A stretch of 62,974 bases of DNA, filler included, from Thraustochytrium aureum (lineage: Eukaryota): NCBI GenBank assembly GCA_012862495.1. It is 4 parts of 4 records of this genome, joined end to end, with 100 filler letters (N's around TTAATTAATTAA, not from the genome) between each part and the next. Parts side by side here need not be neighbours in the genome. Positions count along the whole stretch, not along the records: positions 18,651 to 45,249 come from BLSG01000088.1; 3 more parts are not named here. One strand, given 5' to 3'. A program made the translations under genes and the position numbers. Shown here in pieces: positions 20,564 to 32,800 of the stretch. The notes below the pieces were generated by a model. That model saw nothing but the letters and a program-made list of their open reading frames with translations. It was not told where the DNA came from and searched no databases. Position 1 is the first letter of the stretch. Each line of letters begins with the position of its first letter.

Positions 20564-22363
20564 CGAGCTAGCCGAGGCCGTGCTCGATACGCGCGAAAAG
20601 TTCTCCGAGAGCGGCCGAAACCCCTTGGACACGCGGCGACTGATGCGCTTGCGAACCGAGCGCCGCTTCTCAGCGCGCCGAATGGCCTCCGTCGCAGCGG
20701 CGGCCACGCGCTGCAGGTCGCTTGACGCGCGGCTGCGGCTGTGCCGCGAATGGCGGAGCCCCCCCTGGACTTTGCGTGGGGCGGCGAAGCCGCTTGTGGA
20801 AAGCCCTGCTGGCTCGTGCTGGCGTCGCTCGCAGCGTCTTCGGCGTCCGCCGCGGACAGGCTCCGGCTCAGCATGTCGCCGCCAAACTTGATTTGGTCGC
20901 GGCCCTCGTCGTCCAGCTCTTCGTCGTCGTCCTCGTCCTCGTCGTCCGCGGCAAACCTGCCGAGCGCGCGGCCCGCCGGCCCGTCGAGCGGGTCCGGGTG
21001 CCCTTCGCAGTCCATCTCGACGAGCGCGGGCATGGCGCTCGGCGCCAAGGCGTCGGGCTTGGCGCTGCTTTTGCGCGGCAGCTTGCTCCCGCCCGTTCGC
21101 CGGCGTGCCCTCGCGGCCTGCCGCTTTGCGGGGCCCCGGCCACGGCGGTGTCTGCGTTGGCTTCAGCGAGCGTGCCCGCAGCGGGCGCGCCAGCAGCCTT
21201 GTTGAGCGCTACTAACGTGGCGGAGACGCGGCGGAGATCCGCCGCGGCGCTCTTGCGCTGCTGGTGCTTCTCCACGAGGACGCTGGCGCGCCGCGCTTTG
21301 GAGGTGTCCTTCTTCTTGGTCTTCTTAATTGGCTTGTCGCGCAGCACGACGCGGTTCTTGAGGTCCTCTGGTGAGAGCCAGTCGTCGGGGCCTCGGGCCA
21401 GCTCGAGCAGGTCCAAGTCCGTTTTCCGGTCATAGTTGTACAGCATCTGGCCCAGCACGGACCGGAGGATGCGGACTTGGGCCCGCTGGGCCTCCAAGCC
21501 GCAATGGTTTTCGATCGTGAGCACGACTGGATACTCGGATGCCTTGAAGGCGTTGTCGCGCACGGCTTCGACGCACTCTTGGAAGGTTGCGGGGGTGCAC
21601 AGCGTAGTCCCGTTGCCGTGGTTCACGATGGGGTTCCCGTCCGCGTCCTCCCACGAGTCGAGCTCGATGACGCGCACCCCGAGCAAGAGCGCGCGCTTGA
21701 TGGCCTCGCCGCTGCTCTTGCTGTTCCACTGGTTGCCCATCAAGTACGTGTTGTGCGACGAGCAGATGTAGTACTCGCTGAGCGGCCGCCGCATGTCCTG
21801 GTAGACCTTGGCGGTCTTGGCCGGGTCAGGGCAGTGTTGCTCAGGGCGTCGCTCAGCAGCCGCACAAAGCCCCCGAGGGTCATGATGGGCACGGAGGGGC
21901 CGCCCTTGGCCACGCCCTGGTAGATCCGGATCATCGCTTCTAGCTCGGCGGCCTCGGGCTTCTCCCCGTAGTTGGACAAGAAAAAGTCACCCAGCTCTTT
22001 GGTGCCAATGTACCCGGCGCCGTACGGGTCTGCCTCTGCGAAGAGGCCCTCGACGCGCGGCACCGACATGTGAACCTCCTCGAACACCTGGCGGAACGTG
22101 CGCTCGTCGAACGAGTCGTACAGGTCGTACTTGGCCAGCACCATCTGCAGGTGAGCGTTGGGTACGAACCGCGACTGCCGCAGCGCGGCGACCACAACCT
22201 TGCGCGCCACCCTCGTCTCCCTGCCCGCGCGCAGCGCCCGCCATCGCTCTGCACCGTCCGCCCTGATCGCGGCCACCAGCTCGGAAATCCCGGCGTCATG
22301 CGGATTCTCCTGCACGCCTTCCTCGGTGCCAAACCCGTGCCCCTTGGACAAGCACAGCCCCAT
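20564..22363 (-). CDS. Phosphoinositide-specific phospholipase C (EF-hand region, X domain, long X-Y linker); 3' end in gap; frameshifts near 21825 and 21130
   Basis: YQDMRRPLSEYYICSSHNTYLMGNQ, GVRVIELDSW, PIVNHG.TL, SEYPVVLTIENHC and LSPEDLKNRV. The N-terminus is MGLCLSK. Y and C2 domains are not visible. Confidence 0.9.
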
Positions 22364-23663
22364 CAGGCAGGGCCGGCGCGCGCGCGCGGCTCCAACACCA
22401 ATTCCGTCCGACACGCCAGCGTGCCGCCAGCAGGAGGCCTGCCGCGAGAGCCCAGCGCCGCCCCCGAGGCGCGCCAGCAGTGCCTGCTCTCCTCTCGCAA
22501 CCACTGCCTGCCTGCCTGCCTGCCCTGGGGAACCNGCAAGCNNNNNNNNNNNNNNNNNNNNNNNNNNNNNNNNNNNNNNNNNNNNNNNNNNNNNNNNNNN
22601 NNNNNNNNNNNNNNNNNNNNNNNNNNNNNNNNNNNNNNNNNNNNNNNNNNNNNNNNNNNNNNNNNNNNNNNNNNNNNNNNNNNNNNNNNNNNNNNNNNNN
22701 NNNNNNNNNNNNNNNNNNNNNNNNNNNNNNNNNNNNNNNNNNNNNNNNNNNNNNNNNNNNNNNNNNNNNNNNNNNNNNNNNNNNNNNNNNNNNNNNNNNN
22801 NNNNNNNNNNNNNNNNNNNNNNNNNNNNNNNNNNNNNNNNNNNNNNNNNNNNNNNNNNNNNNNNNNNNNNTTGGGGGTGCACGGAGGGCGCTCGAGTCGT
22901 TCCGACCTATCACCGAGCCCGCTATAAAAGGTGGTCCGTGCGGGCGGGCGGGCGGGTGGACGACGCGGAATTGCCGAGGAATGCTTGGTGCGGATGGACC
23001 GCATTGCGTGCAACTTGAAGGCGCGGCGGCGGAACGGCGCGCACGTTGCGCATGCCAGTGCGGCTGGTCGGCTTCGCTCTGCGCGATGTCGACGCTTTCT
23101 CCGAGACTCGCTCCGCGCGCCGGTGCCCCTTTCGTCCAGGTGATTCTCCTGGCCTCCGCGAATCACATGGGCAACCTACTCCACGTTACTCACTCTACTG
23201 CCTACCTGCCCGGCACCCCCACCGGGGTCAGTCATGAGCAGCCATGACCGCCGGGCGTGGCGAGGTTTCTGGTGACACGCGAGGCTCGGCCTGTCGCCGG
23301 AGTTCGGGCCCAGATTGCGATGGGAATTCGTTCGTTGGACGCAGGGTCCTGTTGTGCTGGTTTTTGCGGGGTCCGGCGGTTCACGCGGCTTTGTGCAACG
23401 ATAAACGTGGTGGGAGCTTCAAGGCTACTTACCTACCTGCTGCAGAACGGCCTGGGCTCAGGTCGAGAGAGTGCATACCGGTGGTGCGGCAGGCAGACCT
23501 CGAACGGCAGTGGCTGTTCCAGTGCTTGAAAACACAACTCATCGCCAAGCAACAAGTGGAACAAGCGGAGCAGCCTGTCCGCAGGCAAGCCCGCAGGGTT
23601 TGGCAAACCACTGGCTTCGCAGAGAAGGCGACGGTCGCGGCAGGTGCTGACACGAACTTCAAA

Positions 23664-24867
23664 ATGGCCTCCTTCAACGCAAACGCAGCTGCCGAGGAGA
23701 GCACCGCGCGCCAGAGCGGCGCGGCCGACCAGGCGGAGGACGAGACGCTGGCGGAGCTCGAGCCCTTGGAGGGCCGTGCAGCCTGGCTCAACGTTTTGGC
23801 CTCGTTCTTCGTGCACTTTGTCGTGTTCGGGTCTGTGTACTCGTTCAGTCTTTTCGTGNNNNNNNNNNNNNNNNNNNNNNNNNNNNNNNNNNNNNNNNNN
23901 NNNNNNNNNNNNNNNNNNNNNNNNNNNNNNNNNNNNNNNNNNNNNNNNNNNNNNNNNNNNNNNNNNNNNNNNNNNNNNNNNNNNNNNNNNNNNNNNNNNN
24001 NNNNNNNNNNNNNNNNNNNNNNNNNNNNNNNNNNNNNNNNNNNNNNNNNNNNNNNNNNNNNNNNNNNNNNNNNNNNNNNNNNNNNNNNNNNNNNNNNNNN
24101 NNNNNNNNNNNNNNNNNNNNNNNNNNNNNNNNNNNNNNNNNNNNNNNNNNNNNNNNNNNNNNNNNNNNNNNNNNNNNNNNNNNNNNNNNNNNNNNNNNNN
24201 NNNNNNNNNNNNNNNNNNNNNNNNNNNNNNNNNNNNNNNNNNNNNNNNNNNNNNNNNNNNNNNNNNNNNNNNNNNNNNNNNNNNNNNNNNNNNNNNNNNN
24301 NNNNNNNNNNNNNNNNNNNNNNNNNNNNNNNNNNNNNNNNNNNNNNNNNNNNNNNNNNNNNNNNNNNNNNNNNNNNNNNNNNNNNNNNNNNNNNNNNNNN
24401 NNNNNNNNNNNNNNNNNNNNNNNNNNNNNNNNNNNNNNNNNNNNNNNNNNNNNNNNNNNNNNNNNNNNNNNNNNNNNNNNNNNNNNNGGATCACATGCTC
24501 GCTCTGGGTGCTCTGTACGACTGAGGCAAGTATTATGGTCTTTGCCGTCGCCTTTGGGTTTTTCTCGGGGGCCTTTATCGCCCTCGTGGGGCCTGTGATG
24601 GCCGAATTTTACGGGGTTCACCGCCTTGGAACGGTCATGGGCTACGTCGCCTTTGGGCTTGTGCCTGGGAGCTTTGTGGGGCCATTTCTCGGCGGCTACA
24701 TTTACGACGAGACGGGAAACTACCGCGGATCCATCATCTTCACGGCAGTTATGGTCATGATTAGCGCAGTGGTCGTCATGTTCATCACGGACCCACCCAA
24801 GGCGGAGCCCAAGGTCAAGTCCGCTGGGGTCGAGCAGACCAGCGAAGGGGCCGCAAACGTCGTGTAA
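23664..24867 (+). CDS. MFS transporter, monocarboxylate (MCT/SLC16)-like; internal gap
   Basis: EG.AAWLNVLASFFVHFVVFG..YSFSLF at the N-terminus. FGFFSG...EFYG..RLG...GPFLGGYIYDETGNY at the C-terminus. Confidence 0.88.
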
Positions 24868-25040
24868 GGCGCTGGCCGATCAACTTGCGCAACGTTTCTG
24901 CCTCTGTCTTCATGCCGAGGATGTCGCATGTGCTTGTCCGGCCTCCTGCCTGGCCCAGGACATTGAACTTCTTCCAAACTGCTCAATGAATTTGTTTTTG
25001 CTTGACCGCTTCCTCTACGGCGCACTCGCTCTTATCCGCT

Positions 25041-25331
25041 CTAGCTAGCAGGCTCCTTATGGCGCCAAGGTGCTGCATCACTGCGGCGCTGGTCTTGTCG
25101 ACCCGCAGAGGCACCTTGCCCGCTCGAGTGAAGGCCAACAACGCGGCAAAGCGCGCCCGCAGTCTCCCCGCCTAGTTGGACGCTGGCGCGCCCGCCGCAG
25201 AGGACGGCGGGCCGGCGGGGGGGGCCTCGGCCCTTCTCCTGCATCCTCTTCAGCTCGGCGTCCAGCCTTTGGCGCCGCTCGGTCAGAAACTGCACCTGGT
25301 TCACGTTGGTGTACAGCAAGAATCCCGTGCC
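25041..25331 (-). CDS. Possible 3' end of a small membrane/coiled-coil protein
   Basis: GTGFLLYTNVNQVQFLTERRQRLDAELKRMQEK emerges from a gap. Too short to assign. Confidence 0.3.
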   Translation of the reverse strand, partial: GTGFLLYTNVNQVQFLTERRQRLDAELKRMQEKGRGPPRRPAVLCGGRASVQLGGETAGALCRVVGLHSSGQGASAGRQDQRRSDAAPWRHKEPAS

Positions 25332-26209
25332 NNNNNNNNNNNNNNNNNNNNNNNNNNNNNNNNNNNNNNNNNNNNNNNNNNNNNNNNNNNNNNNNNNNNN
25401 NNNNNNNNNNNNNNNNNNNNNNNNNNNNNNNNNNNNNNNNNNNNNNNNNNNNNNNNNNNNNNNNNNNNNNNNNNNNNNNNNNNNNNNNNNNNNNNNNNNN
25501 NNNNNNNNNNNNNNNNNNNNNNNNNNNNNNNNNNNNNNNNNNNNNNNNNNNNNNNNNNNNNNNNNNNNNNNNNNNNNNNNNNNNNNNNNNNNNNNNNNNN
25601 NNNNNNNNNNNNNNNNNNNNNNNNNNNNNNNNNNNNNNNNNNNNNNNNNNNNNNNNNNNNNNNNNNNNNNNNNNNNNNNNNNNNNNNNNNNNNNNNNNNN
25701 NNNNNNNNNNNNNNNNNNNNNNNNNNNNNNNNNNNNNNNNNNNNNNNNNNNNNNNNNNNNNNNNNNNNNNNNNNNNNNNNNNNNNNNNNNNAGTTCGGCG
25801 CGGCAAGCCAGCCGCCGCTGGTCCTCGACCAAAGAGCGCCCAGTCAGGTGTCCACGCCCGCACGCCCTTGCACTGCCTCGCCGCCGCTGCCGCCTTCGCC
25901 GGTGCGTGGGCCTTTTGCTCGCTGTCCACTCGGGCTCTGCGGACAGGCTCGATGACCACCAACTCCAAACTCTGTTCGTCTTTCGCTCGCTCGTTGCTTG
26001 TTTTGCTTGTGTTTCTACCGAGTAGGAGTGGTTTTATCCGAGGCGCGGCCCCGGACCGCGAGCAGGGCGACGCGGGCGACGCGAACGAGGCAGGCCAGGC
26101 AGGCGAGGCAGGCGCGCTGGCCGACCTTTGCGGCCGATCTTTGGCCTTCCTTTTCGTTTGTCTCTTCTTCCAATTGAAAGGCGAGATCGATGATGGTCGT
26201 GGAGCCCTG

Positions 26210-27580
26210 TCAGGACGAGCTGGGCTCCAGGTGGACCTTGTCGGTGACTGGAAACCCATTGAACGTCGAGGACGCTGCCAATGTGTAGGCTCCCATGTCC
26301 GGAAAGTACAGCCACTCGCCGACTCGAAGGAGCGGGAGGTGCGTGGCGCGGGGGAGAATGCAGTCCAGACCGTCGCATGTGGGACCCCAAACCGAGGCCA
26401 ACACCGGGCGAGCCGGGCGAGCGGCCGCGGCCGGGTCTGCGCCTTCATCAACCTCACCCTCTTCTCCGCTGTCGCTTGGAACCGAGAGGTTCATGGCAGG
26501 CTGCTCTCCGGCGTCCTCCGATTTTGCCCCTTGCTCGATCAAGTCTCGCGGGAGCGGGTACCCACAAACGTGGGCGTGGTCGTAGAGGATGTTGTTGAAA
26601 CTGCCGTAGACGCCATCGTTGACGTAGTAGCGAATCTCCTCCGCGGAGGGGTCGGCCGTGCCGCGGTCCTGCTGCTCGGTCGCCGCGTCAAGGACTCTGG
26701 GCTCGCGGCGGCGCGCAATTACGTTGACGAACAGCGTGCAAGCGGAATGCACCATGAACCGCCCAGGCTCGGCGATGATGCGCACCCCGCTTTCTGCCGG
26801 AAAGTGCTCGTCCAGAGCCTCAGAGAGCGCGGCGGCAACGTTTCGAAAGCACATTTCGCCCTCCTCAAAGCCTCCCCAGCTCTCAACCGCGTCCCCGGGG
26901 AAGCCGCCGCCTATGTCGAGGAGCTCGAGCGTAAGGCCCTGTTCGGCGGCGATGTCGAACGCTGCGCGCGCAAGCTCGACCGCGCTCGAGAAGGCTCGAA
27001 CGTCCGGCTGCCCGCTGCCAACATGGAAGGCCATGCCGACGACGCGCAGGCCGAGGTCGGTTGCCGTCCGGAGCAGGGGGGCGACACTGGATAGCTCTGC
27101 GCCGAACTTGGTGCCGAGCCGGCACACTGCTTTCGAGTCGTCCGGGAGGAGGCGAAGAACGACCTCTGCGTCTGGAAACACCTCGTGGAACTTGTACAGC
27201 TCGTCCTCGTTGTCAAACGTCATGAGTCGCACGCCTCGCTCGCGGGCGAAGCGGATGTGCGAGCGCGCCTTGCACGGATTGGCAAAGATGATATCTTGTG
27301 GGGCGGCGCCTTGCTGCATGACGATTTCGATCTCGGCCTTGCTCGCGCAGTCAAAGCCGACTCCAGCCTCCAAGAAGGCCTTGACAATCCGCGCGTCGTC
27401 GTGGGCTTTGACTGCGAAAAAGGGCTCGACGCGCGGCAAAAGCTTGCGCCATGCCTCGACCTTGCCAAGAGCGTCGTCGAGGTCGACTATCATGAAGGGC
27501 TCTTCGCGTTCAGGTTCGCGCAGCGTGCGGCTTGCGGCGGCCGCGAGGCGCGCGCTGAGGGCCCGCGTCGAGCCGCTCAT
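26210..27580 (-). CDS. ODC: Ornithine decarboxylase (group IV PLP-dependent)
   Basis: PFFAVK (PLP lysine), GFDCASKAEI, IIFANPCK, KFGA, FHVGSG, LDIGGGFPG, IAEPGRF, YYVNDGVYGSFN, WGPTCDGLD and MGAYT. First ATG is at 27580. Confidence 0.96.
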   Translation of the reverse strand: MSGSTRALSARLAAAASRTLREPEREEPFMIVDLDDALGKVEAWRKLLPRVEPFFAVKAHDDARIVKAFLEAGVGFDCASKAEIEIVMQQGAAPQDIIFANPCKARSHIRFARERGVRLMTFDNEDELYKFHEVFPDAEVVLRLLPDDSKAVCRLGTKFGAELSSVAPLLRTATDLGLRVVGMAFHVGSGQPDVRAFSSAVELARAAFDIAAEQGLTLELLDIGGGFPGDAVESWGGFEEGEMCFRNVAAALSEALDEHFPAESGVRIIAEPGRFMVHSACTLFVNVIARRREPRVLDAATEQQDRGTADPSAEEIRYYVNDGVYGSFNNILYDHAHVCGYPLPRDLIEQGAKSEDAGEQPAMNLSVPSDSGEEGEVDEGADPAAAARPARPVLASVWGPTCDGLDCILPRATHLPLLRVGEWLYFPDMGAYTLAASSTFNGFPVTDKVHLEPSSS

Positions 27581-28329
27581 CTCGTTCGGCGCTTGAAGCT
27601 CTCCGCAACGGAACGGCGGGAGTTTGACCTCGCAAAGGTTGCTGCGGCCCGGTACGTACTCGAGTAGCCTACCTTCAACAGTCTGCGTGCAGCGTCCTGC
27701 CACTCGGCTGCCCGGCCCAGCGCGCGTGCGCGTGATGCCACCGCTCACCGTGATGATGAAGAGCACTCGAGTTGCGTAGCTGCCCGCACAGCCGCTTCTC
27801 CGCCGCACGATCGATCGATCGTCAGCCAATCAGCGCTCGAAGCTAGCTTTCGAAAGTTTGGTCTGGTGCGTTTTGGTGCGATGGCCCTCCCTGCTGCGGT
27901 CCTTCGCTGTTCAAGAGCCCGCCACACCTGCCTGCCTGCCCTGCCCAGTGGACTGATCATCCATGAGTGCGGATGAGGACGCTGCCAGTGGGGCTGTCGA
28001 AATCAGACCGGGCAGGTCTTGAGGCGATCGCCGCGAGGGCGCAAGGGTGGAGGCCTGGCATCAAGGCCTCCAAGTCTTCGGCTCGTGTGCTGCTTGTGGT
28101 AGCGAACGGAGAAGCCCTGCCGTGTCGCTTAGGGCGATCGAGGGAGTCGAAACGGTTTCGCTATTACGAGGCGGAGGAGCGGTTTAATTGTTTGTTTCGC
28201 AGCGTGCGAGCGGAGGGAAAGGGGCCTCGTCGTTTGCTGCGCCGCTGCAGCAGAGCGCGGCTGCGGGCGCGCAGGACGGGCGGCGGCGACGCACAGAAGC
28301 GCAGCAAGTGGGCGTTGCAAGGCGTGGTG

Positions 28330-28974
28330 ATGCTGGGCATGGCGCGCGCCGCGGCCGCAGGGCTGGCCCTGGCTGTGCTGTCGGCGCAAACGGCCAACGT
28401 GGCTGCAAGGACCTTCGTCAAGGTCCCCGCAGACGGGGAGGTCTGCTTCGTGGAGTCGCTGAACACAGGCGAGCGGTTGCGCGGGTCCTACCAGGTGGTG
28501 AGCGGTGGGTACCTTGATATCGACCTTGTGGTGCTCGAGGCCAAGACGCAGAGCAAGCCGGTCGAGCAGTATCGCCAAGAGCAGGGGGACTTTAGCCTCG
28601 TGGCCCCGCAAACAGGCGACTACAAGATCTGTTTCGGCAACCAGCAGTCGAGCAGCTCGCCGAAGAGCGTGCAGTTCGCCATACACGCAGGCGACCAGGA
28701 CGAGATGCTTGCGCACGAGGCAGAAAACCTGGCCGAGGTGGGTCACGTCGAGCGCCTCAACGAGATGGTGCAGCGCCTTGCACGTCGCGTGAGCGACCTC
28801 AAAGAGCAGGAAGAGTACCTGCGGCGTCGCAGTGAGCGGCACCACCGGACGGCGGAGAGCAACAACTCTCGGGTGCTGCTTTCGTCGCTTTGCGAGGCGG
28901 CCGTTCTCGTCGCGGTCAACCTCGCGCAAATCCACTATCTGCGAGCTTTCTTCGAAGTCAAGAGGATAATCTGA
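28330..28974 (+). CDS. p24/emp24/TMED GOLD-domain cargo receptor
   Basis: Signal peptide, EVCFVE, YQVVSGG.LDID, GDYKICFGN, coiled coil, RTAESNNSRV, TM, and QIHYLRAFFEVKRII tail. Confidence 0.95.
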   Translation: MLGMARAAAAGLALAVLSAQTANVAARTFVKVPADGEVCFVESLNTGERLRGSYQVVSGGYLDIDLVVLEAKTQSKPVEQYRQEQGDFSLVAPQTGDYKICFGNQQSSSSPKSVQFAIHAGDQDEMLAHEAENLAEVGHVERLNEMVQRLARRVSDLKEQEEYLRRRSERHHRTAESNNSRVLLSSLCEAAVLVAVNLAQIHYLRAFFEVKRII

Positions 28975-29835
28975 CCGTGGCAGCGCCCGTGTTGCTTGGG
29001 ATGTTTATGGGCCTGGTAGCTCCACGGCGCAGGCCGGTGGTCCCGAAAAGAAGCGGCCCACGCATTCTGCCGGGACATTTCAACTGAAGAGAAAGCGGCC
29101 CCNNNNNNNNNNNNNNNNNNNNNNNNNNNNNNNNNNNNNNNNNNNNNNNNNNNNNNNNNNNNNNNNNNNNNNNNNNNNNNNNNNNNNNNNNNNNNNNNNN
29201 NNNNNNNNNNNNNNNNNNNNNNNNNNNNNNNNNNNNNNNNNNNNNNNNNNNNNNNNNNNNNNNNNNNNNNNNNNNNNNNNNNNNNNNNNNNNNNNNNNNN
29301 NNNNNNNNNNNNNNNNNNNNNNNNNNNNNNNNNNNNNNNNNNNNNNNNNNNNNNNNNNNNNNNNNNNNNNNNNNNNNNNNNNNNNNNNNNNNNNNNNNNN
29401 NNNNNNNNNNNNNNNNNNNNNNNNNNNNNNNNNNNNNNNNNNNNNNNNNNNNNNNNNNNNNNNNNNNNNNNNNNNNNNNNNNNNNNNNNNNNNNNNNNNN
29501 NNNNNNNNNNNNNNNNNNNNNNNNNNNNNNNNNNNNNNNNNNNNNNNNNNNNNNNNNNNNNNNNNNNNNNNNNNNNNNNNNNNNNNNNNNNNNNNNNNNN
29601 NNNNNNNNNNNNNNNNNNNNNNNNNNNNNNNNNNNNNNNNNNNNNNNNNNNNNNNNNNNNNNNNNNNNNNNNNNNNNNNNNNNNNNNNNNNNNNNNNNNN
29701 NNNNNNNNNNNNNNNNNNNNNNNNNNNNNNNNNNNNNNNNNNNNNNNNNNNNNNNNNNNNNNNGCAGGCAGGCAGGCGACCAGGTGGAGGAGCAGCGAAA
29801 GTTTCGAGCCTCGCGAATCGCGCAAGGCCGGCACG

Positions 29836-32800
29836 ATGGCAACTGCCTCGTTCACGCCGGACAAGAGGTCGAGCTCTGCGGTCTTCTCGCTGGTGAGCGC
29901 GGACAGCGCGTACGAAGAGGACGCAGAAGACATGATGCGCGAAGCGCTCGAGGTCGAGTTGGCAGCCGCCGCCGCTGCTGAAAAGCGGGACAGCTTAGGA
30001 GACGACAGCGACTCGCAACGCGACTCGGACCAAGAAGACGCCTCGGACGAAGACTCGGACTCGGGCTTTGGAGGCGCCGACGATGACGACGACGACGACG
30101 AGGACAGCGGGAACTTTGAAGACGGCGACCTCGTCGATGCCGGGCTAGCCGCGGCGCAAGACTCGGTCAAGACGGTGATCACGCAGAGCTTTCGCGCATG
30201 CGCGTTCGCGGCTGATTCGGTAGCTTCTCTCGTGCTCAAGGCTCACGACTTTAAGAACGAGGAGGCGCCCAAAGCCTCGCCAAAGGGCCAGGCCCCAGGC
30301 GCTAGCTCTGCGGAGTTCAAGTCGGGCCTCGGCGCGACGCAAGCGGGCGGGCACGCACGGGAATCCCGGGCCGCGAGCGCGGCGAGCGCACAGGGACGCC
30401 CAGAAGACGAGTTTGGGGCCGGAGGCTTGTCTCTCGCTGCTGACAGCCCGGACCGCTCGGTTGCCATGCCATCGCCGATCCCGCAAGCTGGCTTCGACGT
30501 GGACGTGGTGCAGCGCGCAGCCTCTGCCTCTGCGTCCTCCTTGGACGGGTTCACCACGGACGGGAACGGCGAGGGTGCCGACGAGGTTCCCGAGTTGCCG
30601 AGTGAGCGCGCCATCGAGCGAGAGGAAAAGCGCCTCAACGCGCAACAGGGAAGGCGGCGTAACGTTTACGATGACCGGAACCGCGGGATGCCGCCAAGCA
30701 ACGTTTCAAGCGAAGCGTTTGCAGCGCTGTTCCACGAGCTTGATGACTCGATAGCGACAGTGTCTAGCACCGGGCCGACGCCGCCTCGGCGGCTGCCCAG
30801 CGACTTTCAGCTCTCCTTCCTCAACAGCTCGAGCAGTGACAGCGAGATGCCTGGTCTCAGCGCAGGACTCTACATGGATCGAGATGGGGAGGACGCCGGG
30901 ACGGGGGCTGGCGATGAAGCTGGGGGCGACCAGAGTCGCGCGTCCGACTGGCAACGCCACGTGCAGCGCCGCGAGGAGGATGCGCCGCCAACAGATTCGG
31001 ATACCTACACAGAGGAGGCCGCGTCTCAAAGCGCTGCGGCCCTGTCTGGTATTGTTCCTCGCCGCCACTCAACTTCTCTGCAACAACAGGAGAGGGACAA
31101 GCTCCAGCACAGCGACCTGGGCGACAAAGGCAGCGGCCTGATCCAGGTCAGCGTGAAAGCGATTTCGCGCGGCCTCGCTCGCCCGATCAACATGGCCTCC
31201 TCGCTCCTCTTTCGCCAACACGGCAACGTGCAAGGAGCAGAGGAGGTAGATGGCCCGCATTGGGCGCCGTCCCCCGCAACCACCCCCTACTACTTTACAC
31301 CGCCAATTACGCCCTTTGGCAGCGGACGCAACGGGCAGCTGCGCGGGTTTCGCGCAACCGGGCTACGGACCAGTTTCCGCAAGGTCTCGCTAGGTAGCTT
31401 CAACAGCCTCAAGGACGCCATCTCCAGTTGGCGCAACAGCCAGCGCCCGATCCACACCGCAGGGCCGACGCCAAACGCATCGACCCAGCATCGGGCCTCT
31501 TCGAGGACATCGAAATGTTCCTCCTCGAGCGCGTCGACCTCACCTTTTACGCCGCGCGGCACCTCGTCAAGCGCATCAAGAAAAAGCGCTTCTACGTGCT
31601 TCAGCGGCCGGCGATGCTGAGCCGCCGCTCGGGCTGGGCTTCCGCGGACGAGTCCTGCGGCACCCCACAGCTGCAGGACTGGCACCGCGACGAGGGCGAG
31701 GAAAGCGAGAGCGAGGGCGAGGCTGCTGCGAGGGAGCGCGCCGCCGCCGCCGCAGCGAGCCGCCACCGCGCCAAGAAGCGCGCCAAGCGCCGCGGGAGGA
31801 AGCCCCGCACCATCTCGTTGTCCTCGTTCCTCAAGGGCATGATCACCCTGCGTATCCCACTCGCCGTGCTGCGAAGCGCCCAGCAGGCTGCATCGAGCCT
31901 GCTGCTGAGCCCCTTTTCCTTTCTCGACTCTGCCACGCGCCAGTTTGTGCACCTCGAGAACGTGGACGAGCTCAAGGGGATCGGCAAGATCGTGCACCGC
32001 CAGGGCTACCCGTTTCAGGAGCTGCGGGTCGTCACGAACGATGGGTACGTACTCACGCTAGACCGCCTCCCCAACCCCAGCGCCAAAAAGGTGGCCATGC
32101 TCGTCCACGGCGTGATGGACTCGAGCTTCACCTACATCTGCAACGGGGCCGACTCGAGCTTGGCCTTTCGCCTCCACGACGAGGGCTATGATGTTTACCT
32201 GACCAACTTTCGTGGCGTGGGCGGCGCCGCAGCGCACCGACACGTTCGCAGCAATATCAGCGCCGAGGAGTTTTGGGATTTCTCCATCAACGAGCATGCC
32301 TTCGAGGACATCCCCTGCTTTGTTCGCGCAATCGTGCGCACGAAAATGAGCGAGTTCAGCTCCAACAATGAGCCCACTGCGCGCCCAAGCATCGTCGCCG
32401 TTGCGCACTCGATGGGCGGCGCCGTTATGCTCATGTACGCCCTGAACCAGCGTGAGAACAAACTGCGTCACTTTTTGGATGGCATGGTGCTCGTCAGTCC
32501 CGCTGGCATCCACTCCGAGTCGCCGCTCTACGCGCGCATCGGGGGGCGCGCGGTCGATCTGACCGTGGCGCGGATGGTGAACTCGCTGCGCTTGCCGACA
32601 GACGCGCTGACGCGGGCGACGGTGAAGATCGTCCAGGACATCAAGAACAGCGTTCCTGCCCTCGAGGACATCATCTCGCTCGTTGTTGTTTACGCACTGG
32701 GCGGAGACAAGAACCAGCCGCGGCGCGGGCCCTTTTCGGCGGTGCAGCAGCTCACCTACAACGTGCTCACCTGCGGGACTTCGACCAAGGTGTATACGCA

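Noticed and set aside
26210..27829. Antizyme-like programmed frameshift or N-terminally extended ODC
   Set aside because: The ODC frame is uninterrupted. The extension uses a non-ATG start and has no ODC-like content.
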